From assembly GCA_046497465.1 (NCBI GenBank), contig JAWOFO010000040.1:26715-90714 (forward strand): DNA of 64,000 bases. The letters are read 5' to 3'. This document shows positions 29,373 to 38,830 of this stretch, piece by piece. The stretch is from Desulfobia sp. GTDB lineage: Bacteria; Desulfobacterota; Desulfobulbia; Desulfobulbales; SURF-16. Below the pieces are notes generated by a model. That model was not told the origin of the DNA and made no database searches. It saw only the letters and a list, made by a program, of their open reading frames with translations. Both the position numbers and the translations under genes were made by a program. Within the stretch, counting starts at the first letter, position 1. The number at the start of each line of letters is the position of its first letter.

Positions 29373-32300
29373 ATGCCACATAAGCCGGGTATCGTTATAT
29401 CTTCTGTCTTTTCCTTATTACTGATTTTCCTGACTCACGATGTACAGGGCTTCTCCGAGCCCAATAATTCCACCTACGAATGCCAGCCTGTCTTCCTGTC
29501 CAGTTCAGTACAGCCCAACATCCTGATAATTCTGGATAACTCGGGCAGCATGAACGAACTGTCCGTGCCGCCCTCAGAATCTTATGCCGGACCGCCGGTA
29601 GGCAATAGTAAGTACTACGGATATTTCAACCCGGACTATTTTTACCGGTGGGACGGTAACAAATTCATTCACCAATACAAAAAGATCGAGTACGCAGGCA
29701 CCCCTGGAAGCGACGGCTACTGGCAAGTCAAGGACCTGAACGGCAATACCCGTACCCTTCATGATACCGAGATTGAGGCCGGTGACAGTTCGGGCCTGTG
29801 GGACGGCAATTTCATGAATTACGCGGCTATGCGCAAAATTGACGTGGTCAGGAAAGTCATCATGGGGGGACTGGCCACCTCCAGGCAGGGGGGAGGGAAC
29901 CAGATCAACATCGGAGAGGCGAGCACCAGGTACTACAACCATGACCTCCAGGACCCGGGGCCTGCAATTACCCCCTTTAGCGGCAGCAAGATTTACGAGG
30001 TATACAACGGCTACCTGGATATCTACTCCAACTGGCCGGATTGGCAAAACTGGAACTATGACGGCCGCTACCGGATCAGGATTGATAAACAGGAGGAGTA
30101 TGAACCCCGGGATTTTGTGGACGGCAACCTAGCCGGAGTTCTGCAAAAAGTGGGAGACCGGGCCAGATGGGGAAATGAATGGTTCAATTACGGCACCGGC
30201 AACAATGAAAGCGGAGGCTATATTGCCTCCACCATCGGTGCCAACATGAACTCCCTGATCACCGATCTGCAGAATACCCCGGCAGACACCTGGACCCCGC
30301 TGGCCGAGGCCTACTACGTAGCCGGCCAGTATTTCGCCCAGGAGGATATAGACTACAGCGCCACCTCGGATTACAAGAACAACCTGGTTCCCAACAACAA
30401 CCTGGGTGACGATCCGTACTACAACGGCAGTGAAATGGTGAGCTGCGCCAAGAGCTTCGCCATCCTGCTGACCGACGGGGCCTCCACCATGGATGCCGAC
30501 ATCCCCTCCTACCTTGCGGATTACGACAATGACGGCAACGACACGGCCTGCACCACCGGCGATGAAGCAAATTATAATACCTGCGACTACTATGACGCCG
30601 GCACCGACTACCTGGACGACCTGGCCCTCTATTACCGGACCACCGATCTGCGCAGCGCAGGGTTCGGCAAAACCAACCTCCCCGGGAGCCAGCATCTCAA
30701 CCTCTATACCGTTTTCGCCTCCTTTGGCACCGCCAATCCGGAGGCGGAAAGCCTGCTTAAAAATGCTGCCATAAACGGGGGCTTCGTGGACCTGAATGGC
30801 AACAACCTCCCGGACCAGGTATACGAGTGGGACAATGACGACGACGGCAACCCGGACACCTACTACCGGGCAGATAACGGCTATAAACTGGAACAGAACC
30901 TCTTAAACGCCATCTACAATATCCTGAAACGGGCCTCTTCCGGCAGTGCGGTCTCGGTTCTGTCCGGTTCCGCCGAAGGGGAGGGCACCCTGACCCAGGC
31001 ATTCTTCTATCCCCGCTCCAACCGACAGGTCCGGAGCACCTCCTCCATCAGCGAATTCAAATGGCTGGGGCACCTGAACTCCTTCTTTGTGGACTCCAAG
31101 GGAAACCTCAGGGAGGATACCCCGGATGCTTTCGGGGCGCAGGATCAGAAGCTGGATATAACCCGGGATAAGGTGATCTCCTTTATCCGGGAAGACAATG
31201 CCGGCACGGAATGCTACGGCGGTGAGACCAGGATCAGGGTCTGCGAGGTCAATGGCACTTCGCCGTACCCGAATCCGGGCCGGAGCTGCACCCCGCCTTC
31301 CGGCTGCAACGACTGGCCCCTGGACAGCAGTTCCTACCACCCCCTGTGGTCGGCGGACAGGGAACTGGCAGCCACAACCGCTGACGACCTGGCAGGAACA
31401 AACCAGACGTACCGCCATATTTTCACCTATATCGACATAAATAACGACGGTGAGGTGGACGATCCGGGCTTCAGCGGCACCACCGGACAATGGCAGGGCG
31501 GCACCCCGTATTCCCAGTTTGACCATCGGCATGAAATAGTGGAATTTAGCACCGGCTCCTCCACTGAAATCACTCCCTACCTGGGAGTAGGCGATGATGC
31601 CGCCTGGAACTACCTGGGAGCAACGCTTAACACCAGAGCGGACAACCTGATCAAATGGGTCCGGGGCCGGGACATAAACGGACTGCGCACCAGAACCTTC
31701 GACCATGACGATGACATCGGAACCGTTGATCAGACCTGGAAACTGGGCGACATTATCCATTCCCAGCCCAGAACAGTCAGCGAACCGGTGGAAAACTACC
31801 ACGTCATCTACGCAGACGAATCCTATCAGCACTACTATGACGCCTTCAAGCACCGGGAGACCATGGTCTACGTGGGGGCCAACGACGGCATGCTCCATGC
31901 CTTCACCTCCTGGGAGTACAACGCCACCACCAAAAAGTTCAACCCGCCGGCCGCAGCTCCCGGTGATGAAAATATCGGTACTGAGCTGTGGGCATATATT
32001 CCCCAAAATCTCCTGCCCCACCTGAAATGGCTTCCCGACCCGAACTACGTTCACACCTATTACGTGGACCTGACCCCCAAAATCTTCGACGCCAGAATCC
32101 TGGCGGATGACACCCACTACAGCGATGCTGACCATGCCGCCAACTGGGGAACTTTTCTGCTCGGCGGCTTCCGGCTGGGCGGGGGCACTATAGAGGCCCA
32201 GGAGGACTTCGACTATGACGGCTCGGTAACCGGTAATGAAACCAGGACCTTTTCCCCGGGCTACTTCCTGATCGATATAACCGAACCCAGGAACCCAAAA

Positions 32301-33530
32301 GTCCTGTGGGAGAAAACCTACGAAAACCTCCAGGCCACGACCTCGTTCCCTGCAGTAATCCGGGTCCAGGATAAGTGGTTTGCGGTTTTCGGCTCCGGCC
32401 CTTCCGGCTGCTCCGGGAAAAGCAGCCAGAGCGGCCGGCTCTACATTGTCGATCTGGCCACCGGCGAGCCTTACAGGAACAACGGTAACGACTGGCTGTT
32501 TGCCACGGACAGCAATAACGCCTTTGTCAATTCCCCCGTCACCCTGGACAAGAAACTCAACTTCAACGTCGATGCCATCTACTTCGGCGAGGCCACCAAC
32601 ACCAGAAGCAGTGATCAGGGCGGTAAAATCCACAAGATCTTAATTCCCTGGGAATGCGACTCCACAAATTTCACCAAACAACAATGCTACGAAAATACGG
32701 CCCACCTGAATTACGGCCACTATATCGACGAACCCGACAATGCCACCTCCCCCTGGTTCCGCTTCGAACTATTCGATGCCGGGGAGCCGGTTACCGCACC
32801 CCTGTCGCTCAGCCTGGACAGACGGGACAACATCTGGGTCTACGGGGGCACCGGCCGCTTCTTCAGCAGTGATGACAAGAACTATACAAACAACCAGTAC
32901 CTCTTCGGTCTCAAGGATCCCTTCTACAACCGGAATTACGCCCCCGATGATATTGAAGCCCCGGGAGCCGGTGAATATTACCGGAACTATTCAGGGAGCA
33001 TGGATCAATTCTCAGCCAATATGACCGATGTGACCGGACTCGTGATCGGCAGCGACTCCAGGGTCTACTCCGGTCCCTCCCTCAGTTACCAGGGGACCTT
33101 TGACCAGCTTATCTCGGAAATCCGGGACACGGACGGCTGGATCCGGACGATCACCGGCAGGGAACGTAATCTGGAAAAACCCCTGGTCCTGGGCGGCGAT
33201 GTCTTTTTTTCCACCTTTACCCCAAGCAGCGGGGTCTGCAGCTCCGGGGGATCAAGCAGGCTCTACGGTCTCTATTACGAGACCGGGACCGCTTATCCAG
33301 AAGCGATTTTTAACAATTCCAGCTACGAAGAGATTATTGATTCGGATACCGTAACCCTCAACAGGACGTATATAGATCTGGGCCGGGGAGTGTCCTCCAG
33401 GATGCAGATCCATGTCGGAGAAACCGATGGTGCCAAGGGTTTTGTCCAGAAAAGCACCGGCGAAATCACCATTAAAGAGGTCAATCCCAGCCTTGACCTG
33501 AAGAGCGGCCTCTATTACTGGAAAAATTAA
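29373..33530 (+). CDS. pilY1: Giant PilY1-like tip adhesin with an N-terminal vWA (MIDAS) region, copy 2
   Basis: 1385 aa with a signal peptide. vWA-type motifs: ILIILDNSGSM, TWTPLAEAYYVAGQYF and AILLTDGAST. PilY1-type blocks: WKLGDIIHSQP, MVYVGANDGMLHAFTS, ELWAYIPQNLLPHLKWL, YYVDLTPKIFDARI and FLLGGFRLGGG. An EF-hand-like loop, DINNDGEVD, lies at 31434-31460. Confidence 0.85.
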   Translation: MPHKPGIVISSVFSLLLIFLTHDVQGFSEPNNSTYECQPVFLSSSVQPNILIILDNSGSMNELSVPPSESYAGPPVGNSKYYGYFNPDYFYRWDGNKFIHQYKKIEYAGTPGSDGYWQVKDLNGNTRTLHDTEIEAGDSSGLWDGNFMNYAAMRKIDVVRKVIMGGLATSRQGGGNQINIGEASTRYYNHDLQDPGPAITPFSGSKIYEVYNGYLDIYSNWPDWQNWNYDGRYRIRIDKQEEYEPRDFVDGNLAGVLQKVGDRARWGNEWFNYGTGNNESGGYIASTIGANMNSLITDLQNTPADTWTPLAEAYYVAGQYFAQEDIDYSATSDYKNNLVPNNNLGDDPYYNGSEMVSCAKSFAILLTDGASTMDADIPSYLADYDNDGNDTACTTGDEANYNTCDYYDAGTDYLDDLALYYRTTDLRSAGFGKTNLPGSQHLNLYTVFASFGTANPEAESLLKNAAINGGFVDLNGNNLPDQVYEWDNDDDGNPDTYYRADNGYKLEQNLLNAIYNILKRASSGSAVSVLSGSAEGEGTLTQAFFYPRSNRQVRSTSSISEFKWLGHLNSFFVDSKGNLREDTPDAFGAQDQKLDITRDKVISFIREDNAGTECYGGETRIRVCEVNGTSPYPNPGRSCTPPSGCNDWPLDSSSYHPLWSADRELAATTADDLAGTNQTYRHIFTYIDINNDGEVDDPGFSGTTGQWQGGTPYSQFDHRHEIVEFSTGSSTEITPYLGVGDDAAWNYLGATLNTRADNLIKWVRGRDINGLRTRTFDHDDDIGTVDQTWKLGDIIHSQPRTVSEPVENYHVIYADESYQHYYDAFKHRETMVYVGANDGMLHAFTSWEYNATTKKFNPPAAAPGDENIGTELWAYIPQNLLPHLKWLPDPNYVHTYYVDLTPKIFDARILADDTHYSDADHAANWGTFLLGGFRLGGGTIEAQEDFDYDGSVTGNETRTFSPGYFLIDITEPRNPKVLWEKTYENLQATTSFPAVIRVQDKWFAVFGSGPSGCSGKSSQSGRLYIVDLATGEPYRNNGNDWLFATDSNNAFVNSPVTLDKKLNFNVDAIYFGEATNTRSSDQGGKIHKILIPWECDSTNFTKQQCYENTAHLNYGHYIDEPDNATSPWFRFELFDAGEPVTAPLSLSLDRRDNIWVYGGTGRFFSSDDKNYTNNQYLFGLKDPFYNRNYAPDDIEAPGAGEYYRNYSGSMDQFSANMTDVTGLVIGSDSRVYSGPSLSYQGTFDQLISEIRDTDGWIRTITGRERNLEKPLVLGGDVFFSTFTPSSGVCSSGGSSRLYGLYYETGTAYPEAIFNNSSYEEIIDSDTVTLNRTYIDLGRGVSSRMQIHVGETDGAKGFVQKSTGEITIKEVNPSLDLKSGLYYWKN

Positions 33531-33532
33531 CC

Positions 33533-34594
33533 CTAAGCACATTCCGGGCAACGTACGGCCATGTCTTCCGAAAAACCCGGACTGAAGGTACTGCTGCCGC
33601 ACTCCCGGCAGACCAGGGGTTCAAGGGATTTTACTACCGGGTTGTAATACAGGAAGGCGGTGGTCTCTTTTCTGCCTGCCGAAACCCTGTAAAATATCTT
33701 TACTACCGGGCACCTGAGGAGCAGGACCCCGCAGAGCCTGAGGCTGACTTTTATGCTGTACTTTTTAAACAGGTCCTCCTTCTTGGTGCTGAGTTCAAGT
33801 GGAATAATGTCTATTTTCTCTTTCCTGTCAGCAATGAGCTGCCCGGAAAGCCCCGGACGCTTAAGGGAGTCCTCCATCTCCTGTCTCAAGGCGGTATAGT
33901 ATCTGTTCAGGTTCGCTACATCTCGCCGGTATCTCCGGTTCATACTCTCTTCAAAGGGTTTGAGTTCCCGGGCAAGAAGGTCGCGGGCCCTGACTGCCGC
34001 CAGGCTTTCCAGCCTCCTGGTCTCTTCCCCGGAAAAATCAAGGGAATATGACCCGGGGGGAGACTCTTTTGCCACCTCCTCCAGGCCGCCGGCCATATGG
34101 TCAATCCCGGCCCCGGTTTCCCGGTTAAAGGCAAGGGGCAGCAGCCCCTCCTTCTGTTCATCACTCTGGGCAAGATAGCTGCAGTAGAGGATGATATACT
34201 CGCACATGGTCTCGGCGCTTTTTTCCACTTTGCCCACACTGTTGCGAAAACTGAAAACCTCCTGGATCAAACGGTCAAATCCGGCTTTCTTCAGATAAGC
34301 AAAGTTTAAGGTCCATCCTGTTACCGGAATCCGGCTACAGGCGGTGTTGACCATCTTTTCCAGGAGGGGGGAGCCATAGTTGATCAGGTAATCACCTTCG
34401 CCATCCCGGCCGAACTGCAGGACCAGCTCTTCGCCGACGCCAAGTTCCGTGGCCAGTTCCTCCGGCAGCAGGACATCTATTGCCGGCCCCCGGTCTTCAA
34501 CAGCGCCTCCCCAGGAAGTAACAAAACAGCTGACGAACGATTTCAGGCTGCCGGCTGCCTCAGACCTCATAATCCTCTCCAAAAAGTTTATCAT
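33533..34594 (-). CDS. Hypothetical protein with a C-terminal 4-Cys zinc ribbon, partnered with the SNF2 helicase
   Basis: 353 aa. I recognise no family. The C-terminus VCRECGSSTFSPGFSEDMAVRCPECA has a CxxC...CxxC pattern. Its ATG (34594, or 34570) overlaps the SNF2 gene's 3' end (stop at 34560-62) by 35 or 11 nt. Confidence 0.55.
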   Translation of the reverse strand: MINFLERIMRSEAAGSLKSFVSCFVTSWGGAVEDRGPAIDVLLPEELATELGVGEELVLQFGRDGEGDYLINYGSPLLEKMVNTACSRIPVTGWTLNFAYLKKAGFDRLIQEVFSFRNSVGKVEKSAETMCEYIILYCSYLAQSDEQKEGLLPLAFNRETGAGIDHMAGGLEEVAKESPPGSYSLDFSGEETRRLESLAAVRARDLLARELKPFEESMNRRYRRDVANLNRYYTALRQEMEDSLKRPGLSGQLIADRKEKIDIIPLELSTKKEDLFKKYSIKVSLRLCGVLLLRCPVVKIFYRVSAGRKETTAFLYYNPVVKSLEPLVCRECGSSTFSPGFSEDMAVRCPECA

Positions 34595-36902
34595 CCAGTT
34601 CCCTGGTCTTGCCGTACTGGTTCTTACAACGCTTGATCCTGGTCCCCAGCCTGGCGAACTCCCGGCTGCGCTCTTCCTCTGATTCCGAATCCACCCAGAT
34701 ATCGTAGACCATATCCCCGAAATCCTTTTCTCCCCGGACCCGTCCCAGGATCATCTCGATCTCCCCGATCACCATCTCGAACATATTTATCTTCTTATCC
34801 AGGATCTCCAGAATATGCTCTTCCAGGCTTCCTTCACCGCAGAAATTGTAAATCATGACCTCATTCTGCTGGCCCAGCCGGTGCAGCCTGCCGATACGCT
34901 GTTCAATCTTCATGGGATTCCAGGGCAGGTCATAATTAATCATCTGGTGACAGAACTGCAGGTTCCTCCCCTCGCCGCCGATTTCCGTAGTAACCAGAAT
35001 ATCCTTGGCATCCCGGAAAAGATCAACAGCTTTATCCTTCTGCTGATTGGTCAGGCCGCCGTGAAAGGTAAGGTGGGGGATACGTTTCCAGGCCAGATAA
35101 TCAGATATTTCTTCCAGGGTTCCGAGATACTTAACAAAGATAATCATCTTACCCCGGGTATTTTTAAGAAGGTGGAGGAGGGCCCGGTTTTTTCCGGTTT
35201 CGCCGGTTATGCTTCGGCAGAGATTGCCTAGGGCCTCGATCTCATCCCGGAAACGGGCAAGGCGGTCATCATTATCTCTTTGAAGACGCTCCAAAGTCAT
35301 GGCAAGAGCCCTGGGAGAAGAGCCGGCTTCTCCCAAGAGGTTCTTCAAGAGCAGCCTCTTCCGTAAGCGACCGCTCTGCCTGATCCTGCTGACCAAACTG
35401 GTTATCGTCTCATAAAGCCTTAATTCTCCGGGATCCGGAACAACCCGTACCGTCCGGGCATACCGGGGTGGTATGTTGATGGCGGCCAGGGCCCTGGTGT
35501 TTCTTATCATAACCCGGTCCAGAAGACCTTTGAGTCTCTCCCGGTTCCTCGGACTGACACTGTCTCCCCTGGTCACGAATTCATTCTTGAACTCAGAGGA
35601 AGTCTTCAGAAGCCCGGGTTTTAACAGGGTAATGAGGTTGTAAAGCTCCATGAGATTATTTTCCACCGGCGTGGCGGTAAGAAAAAGAAGAAAACGTTTC
35701 TTGAGAGAGTTAACCAGCTTCCAGTTCAGGGTGTTCTTATTTTTCAGGTGATGGGCTTCATCGACAATAACCATGTCATATTCACGTTCCGTAACCTCGG
35801 AGAAATTCTTTCTGGATTTGGCATGATTAATTGAGGCCAGGACAAAGGAAGCCTGCCAGAATTCCCGGTTTATTTTAATCCCGGGATCGTCAGTGGAAAA
35901 GAAATCCAGACCGAACTTGACCCTGAGTTCTTCCTTCCACTGGCTCACCAGGGGGGTTGGCGTGAGAATGAGAGCGTTTTGCACCATACCCCGTTCAATG
36001 TACTCCCTTAAAACCATTCCTGCTTCTATGGTCTTGCCCAGACCCACCTCGTCGGCAAGCATGGCCCGGCCCCGGAAGGTCTTCAGGACCTTGCGCACCG
36101 TCTCCACCTGGTACCAGAAAAATTCAATCCCGGGCAGCAGGGGCAGGCAGATAAGACTTTCAAAGGAGTTCCGGAACCTGATCCTGTAAGCCTCGATGGT
36201 TGCCTCCAGGACTTCAGGGGGCATGAATTTCTTTTCCGACAAGATGGAGTGAAAAGAGCCTGAATCAAACTCAAGGGTGACAGGAATGGCCGGCGGAGAC
36301 TCCTCCTGCTTCGTCTCTGCCTCCTGAGGCGGAGACTCCTGTCCGGATTCATCCTTTTCAGGGACAGTACTGTTTTTCTCCTCTTTTCCCCCCTCTTTCC
36401 GGAGCCCGGGCTTTTTCAGACCGGCCTTTTGCTCTTCCAGCAACTTCCGGCAGTATTCCTCAATCCCTATAATCTGTTTCAGATGACTGTTTTTCTTTTT
36501 GGCGGGAAGCCCGAAATCAGCAATCAAGAAGCGGTACTCTTCCAGGATCTTCAGGGCCCGCTGGTATTTTTGATCATCTATAAGGAGATTTATAAATTCA
36601 GAATAACTTTCAATGCCAAGCTCACCCAGGCGGAAGAGGTGGGAATAGCCGTAGAGGACCACGTCGTCTTTCCCCATTTCCCGGCCCAGATCGACCAGAG
36701 CCCTGCCTACTGACTCATCGTCGGGGTAAGCCTTCAGGGCTTTTTTGAAATAGAGCAGGGCCTTCTGAAGCCTGCCGTTATCCCAGCTTTTCAGGCCCTT
36801 GTCAAAACAGTAGTCCGCCCTTTCCAGGCGAAGAAAATCACTCTGAATATCACTTTTTTTCTTAGGCGCCTTTTTGGACCGAACCTTTTTCTTCTTTTTC
36901 AT
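34560..36902 (-). CDS. SNF2-family DEAD/H helicase with a Lys-rich/TPR-like N-terminal region and an acidic linker
   Basis: 780 aa. Helicase motifs: LADEVGLGKTIEAG (motif I), VIVDEAHHLKN (DEAH box), and in the C-terminal lobe GGEGRNLQFCHQMINYDLPWNPMKIEQRIGRLHRLGQ. The N-terminus begins MKKKKKVRSKKAPKKK, followed by helical repeats and an E/K/P-rich linker. Confidence 0.85.
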   Translation of the reverse strand: MKKKKKVRSKKAPKKKSDIQSDFLRLERADYCFDKGLKSWDNGRLQKALLYFKKALKAYPDDESVGRALVDLGREMGKDDVVLYGYSHLFRLGELGIESYSEFINLLIDDQKYQRALKILEEYRFLIADFGLPAKKKNSHLKQIIGIEEYCRKLLEEQKAGLKKPGLRKEGGKEEKNSTVPEKDESGQESPPQEAETKQEESPPAIPVTLEFDSGSFHSILSEKKFMPPEVLEATIEAYRIRFRNSFESLICLPLLPGIEFFWYQVETVRKVLKTFRGRAMLADEVGLGKTIEAGMVLREYIERGMVQNALILTPTPLVSQWKEELRVKFGLDFFSTDDPGIKINREFWQASFVLASINHAKSRKNFSEVTEREYDMVIVDEAHHLKNKNTLNWKLVNSLKKRFLLFLTATPVENNLMELYNLITLLKPGLLKTSSEFKNEFVTRGDSVSPRNRERLKGLLDRVMIRNTRALAAINIPPRYARTVRVVPDPGELRLYETITSLVSRIRQSGRLRKRLLLKNLLGEAGSSPRALAMTLERLQRDNDDRLARFRDEIEALGNLCRSITGETGKNRALLHLLKNTRGKMIIFVKYLGTLEEISDYLAWKRIPHLTFHGGLTNQQKDKAVDLFRDAKDILVTTEIGGEGRNLQFCHQMINYDLPWNPMKIEQRIGRLHRLGQQNEVMIYNFCGEGSLEEHILEILDKKINMFEMVIGEIEMILGRVRGEKDFGDMVYDIWVDSESEEERSREFARLGTRIKRCKNQYGKTRELDDKLFGEDYEV

Positions 36903-37162
36903 AACCCTGCCTGCTTACAAGTACAGACCTGCACCTCCCGGCAGTTTAAATGAGGTGCACGGCCAGGATTTCCTAATTAAATCATATCCGAAGTTATCTG
37001 CAACCCAAAATCCAATCAACTTAAAAACTGTTGCCTCCAAAAAATAATTGTTGTACCGGTCTTCCGCCTCACAAAGCAAAAGGTATTATCAATTGTTATT
37101 ATACCTTTTTTCTGTTAAAATCGGTTTTTTGTGATTTCAGATTATAAGGAGGCCAAGAAAAA

Positions 37163-37756
37163 ATGCCTGATAAGAACTTTGAAGAATTCTTAGAAGAATC
37201 AACCCGGATTCACGGCCATATATGCGCCGGCCAGGTTATAGGAGTACGAATGGCCATGATCGGTCTCAGAGAGATCGACATCAGTGACCCTAAAGACAAA
37301 GAGCGCAAAAGTCTGTATATCCTGGTTGAGATTGACCGCTGTGCTACTGATGCCATTCAGAGCGTCACCGGCTGCAGTCTCGGTAAACGCTCCCTGAAAT
37401 GGCTGGATTACGGGATAATGGCCGCCACCTTTGTCAATCTGACTACTGACAAAGCAGTGCGAATCACCTGTCTGGAGGAGGCCAGAGAAAAGGCAAAAAG
37501 CTACGCGCCTGAAATAGAGGACAGATACAAACAACAGCTGGAGGCGTACCGGGTAATGCCGGAAGAAGAACTTTTCAAAATCGAAAATGTCCGTCTGGAG
37601 ATCCCTGAATGTGACCTGCCCGGCCGGCCCCTTAAGAGACTGCAGTGCCAGGAATGTGGTGACTGGGTCCAGGACTGCCGCGAGGTAAACAGGGATGACA
37701 GAATACTCTGCAAAAGCTGCGCTTTTGGCCGTTACTACAGTTTAGTCGAAAGTTGA
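37163..37756 (+). CDS. FmdE-family protein (formylmethanofuran dehydrogenase subunit E-like) with a C-terminal zinc ribbon
   Basis: 197 aa. HGHICAGQVIGVRMA and DRCATDAIQSVTGCSLGKR are typical of FmdE, and the C-terminus has CQECG...CKSC. A GGAGG Shine-Dalgarno sequence lies upstream. Confidence 0.75.
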   Translation: MPDKNFEEFLEESTRIHGHICAGQVIGVRMAMIGLREIDISDPKDKERKSLYILVEIDRCATDAIQSVTGCSLGKRSLKWLDYGIMAATFVNLTTDKAVRITCLEEAREKAKSYAPEIEDRYKQQLEAYRVMPEEELFKIENVRLEIPECDLPGRPLKRLQCQECGDWVQDCREVNRDDRILCKSCAFGRYYSLVES

Positions 37757-37778
37757 AAGATTAATCCGGTACTTTAAA

Positions 37779-38822
37779 ATGCAGAAACAAAGCATCCCCT
37801 TGGATCAGTCCGTAGGCATGGTTTTGCCCCATGACATCACAGAAATAACTCTTGCTGCTGAAAACGAAAAACCCTACAAAGGCCCTGCCTTCAAAAAAGG
37901 CCATATAATTAGAAAAGAGGACCTGGAGCATCTGCGCCGGCTGGGCAAGGAACACATCTATGTCCTGAGTCTGGATAGGGATGAAATACATGAGAACGAG
38001 GCTGCCCGCTTCCTGGCCGATTCCCTGGCCGGCCCCGGGATAATCTGGTCCGGCCGGCCCTCGGAAGGCAAACTGACCATGCTTGCCGAATATGACGGCC
38101 TTCTCAAAGTTGACTCAGAAGCCCTTTACCGGTTCAATCTCCTCGGTGAGGTTATGTGCGCCACCCTCCATAATAATACCCCGGTCAAAAAAAGAGCCCA
38201 GGTGGGGGCAACCCGTTTAATACCCCTTGTCGGCAAGCGGGAACTGGTGGAAAAAGCTGGAGCTGCAGCCCGGGAGTCCGGCGGCATTCTTAAGGTAAAC
38301 CCCGTACCGGAGACCAGGGCCGGGCTGGTTATTACCGGCAATGAGGTTTATTACGGAAGAGTCAAGGATAAATTCGAACCGGTTCTTAGGAAGAAACTGG
38401 GAGAACTTAATTCAACGGTTATGGTAACCCGTTTTGCCCGGGATGACGAAGAGGCTATTGCCGGAGAAATCAAAAACTGCATTGAGAGCGGGGCAGATAT
38501 TATTGTTACCAGCGGCGGCATGTCTGTTGATCCGGACGACAGGACCAGGGCCGGTATCAGCCGGACTGGAGCGGTTGATATAGTGTACGGCACTCCGGTA
38601 CTCCCGGGGGCAATGTTTCTGGTCGCCAGAATAGGCAAAGTACCGATCCTGGGACTGCCTGCCTGTGGCATGTTTCACGGCACCACTGTTTTCGACCTGA
38701 TTCTGCCCCGGATACTGACCGGAGAAAAAATAAGCCGGGAAGACCTGGCTGCCCTGGGCCACGGCGGCCTCTGCCGGCAATGCAAAAAATGCACTTATCC
38801 GGCCTGCAGTTTCGGAAAATAA
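37779..38822 (+). CDS. Molybdopterin-binding (MoeA / MoCF-biosynthesis domain) protein
   Basis: 347 aa. ADIIVTSGGMSVDPDDRT is typical of the MoCF_biosynth domain, and the tail is Cys-rich (CRQCKKCTYPAC). It sits next to the FmdE-like gene. Confidence 0.6.
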   Translation: MQKQSIPLDQSVGMVLPHDITEITLAAENEKPYKGPAFKKGHIIRKEDLEHLRRLGKEHIYVLSLDRDEIHENEAARFLADSLAGPGIIWSGRPSEGKLTMLAEYDGLLKVDSEALYRFNLLGEVMCATLHNNTPVKKRAQVGATRLIPLVGKRELVEKAGAAARESGGILKVNPVPETRAGLVITGNEVYYGRVKDKFEPVLRKKLGELNSTVMVTRFARDDEEAIAGEIKNCIESGADIIVTSGGMSVDPDDRTRAGISRTGAVDIVYGTPVLPGAMFLVARIGKVPILGLPACGMFHGTTVFDLILPRILTGEKISREDLAALGHGGLCRQCKKCTYPACSFGK

Positions 38823-38830
38823 ATCAAAGG

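Noticed and set aside
30903-32633. A 576-aa minus-strand ORF, plus other long antisense ORFs inside the pilY1-like genes (e.g. 25136-25750, 25964-26551, 30129-30695, 22971-23612).
   Set aside because: They lie entirely antisense to strongly supported plus-strand genes. Their translations are low-complexity (G/A/V/R/P-rich) with no recognisable motifs. This is the typical stop-codon depletion seen opposite GC-rich, Asp/Gly/Asn/Thr-rich coding sequence.
36903-37162. A possible Moco/Tuco riboswitch upstream of the FmdE-like and MoeA-like genes, and the hairpin TGCACCTC-N14-GAGGTGCA at about 36928-36959.
   Set aside because: I could not match the conserved Moco-motif core from memory. The hairpin is about 200 nt from the fmdE-like ATG and has no U-tract. 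A covariance-model scan (Rfam Moco_RNA_motif) would be needed before claiming it.
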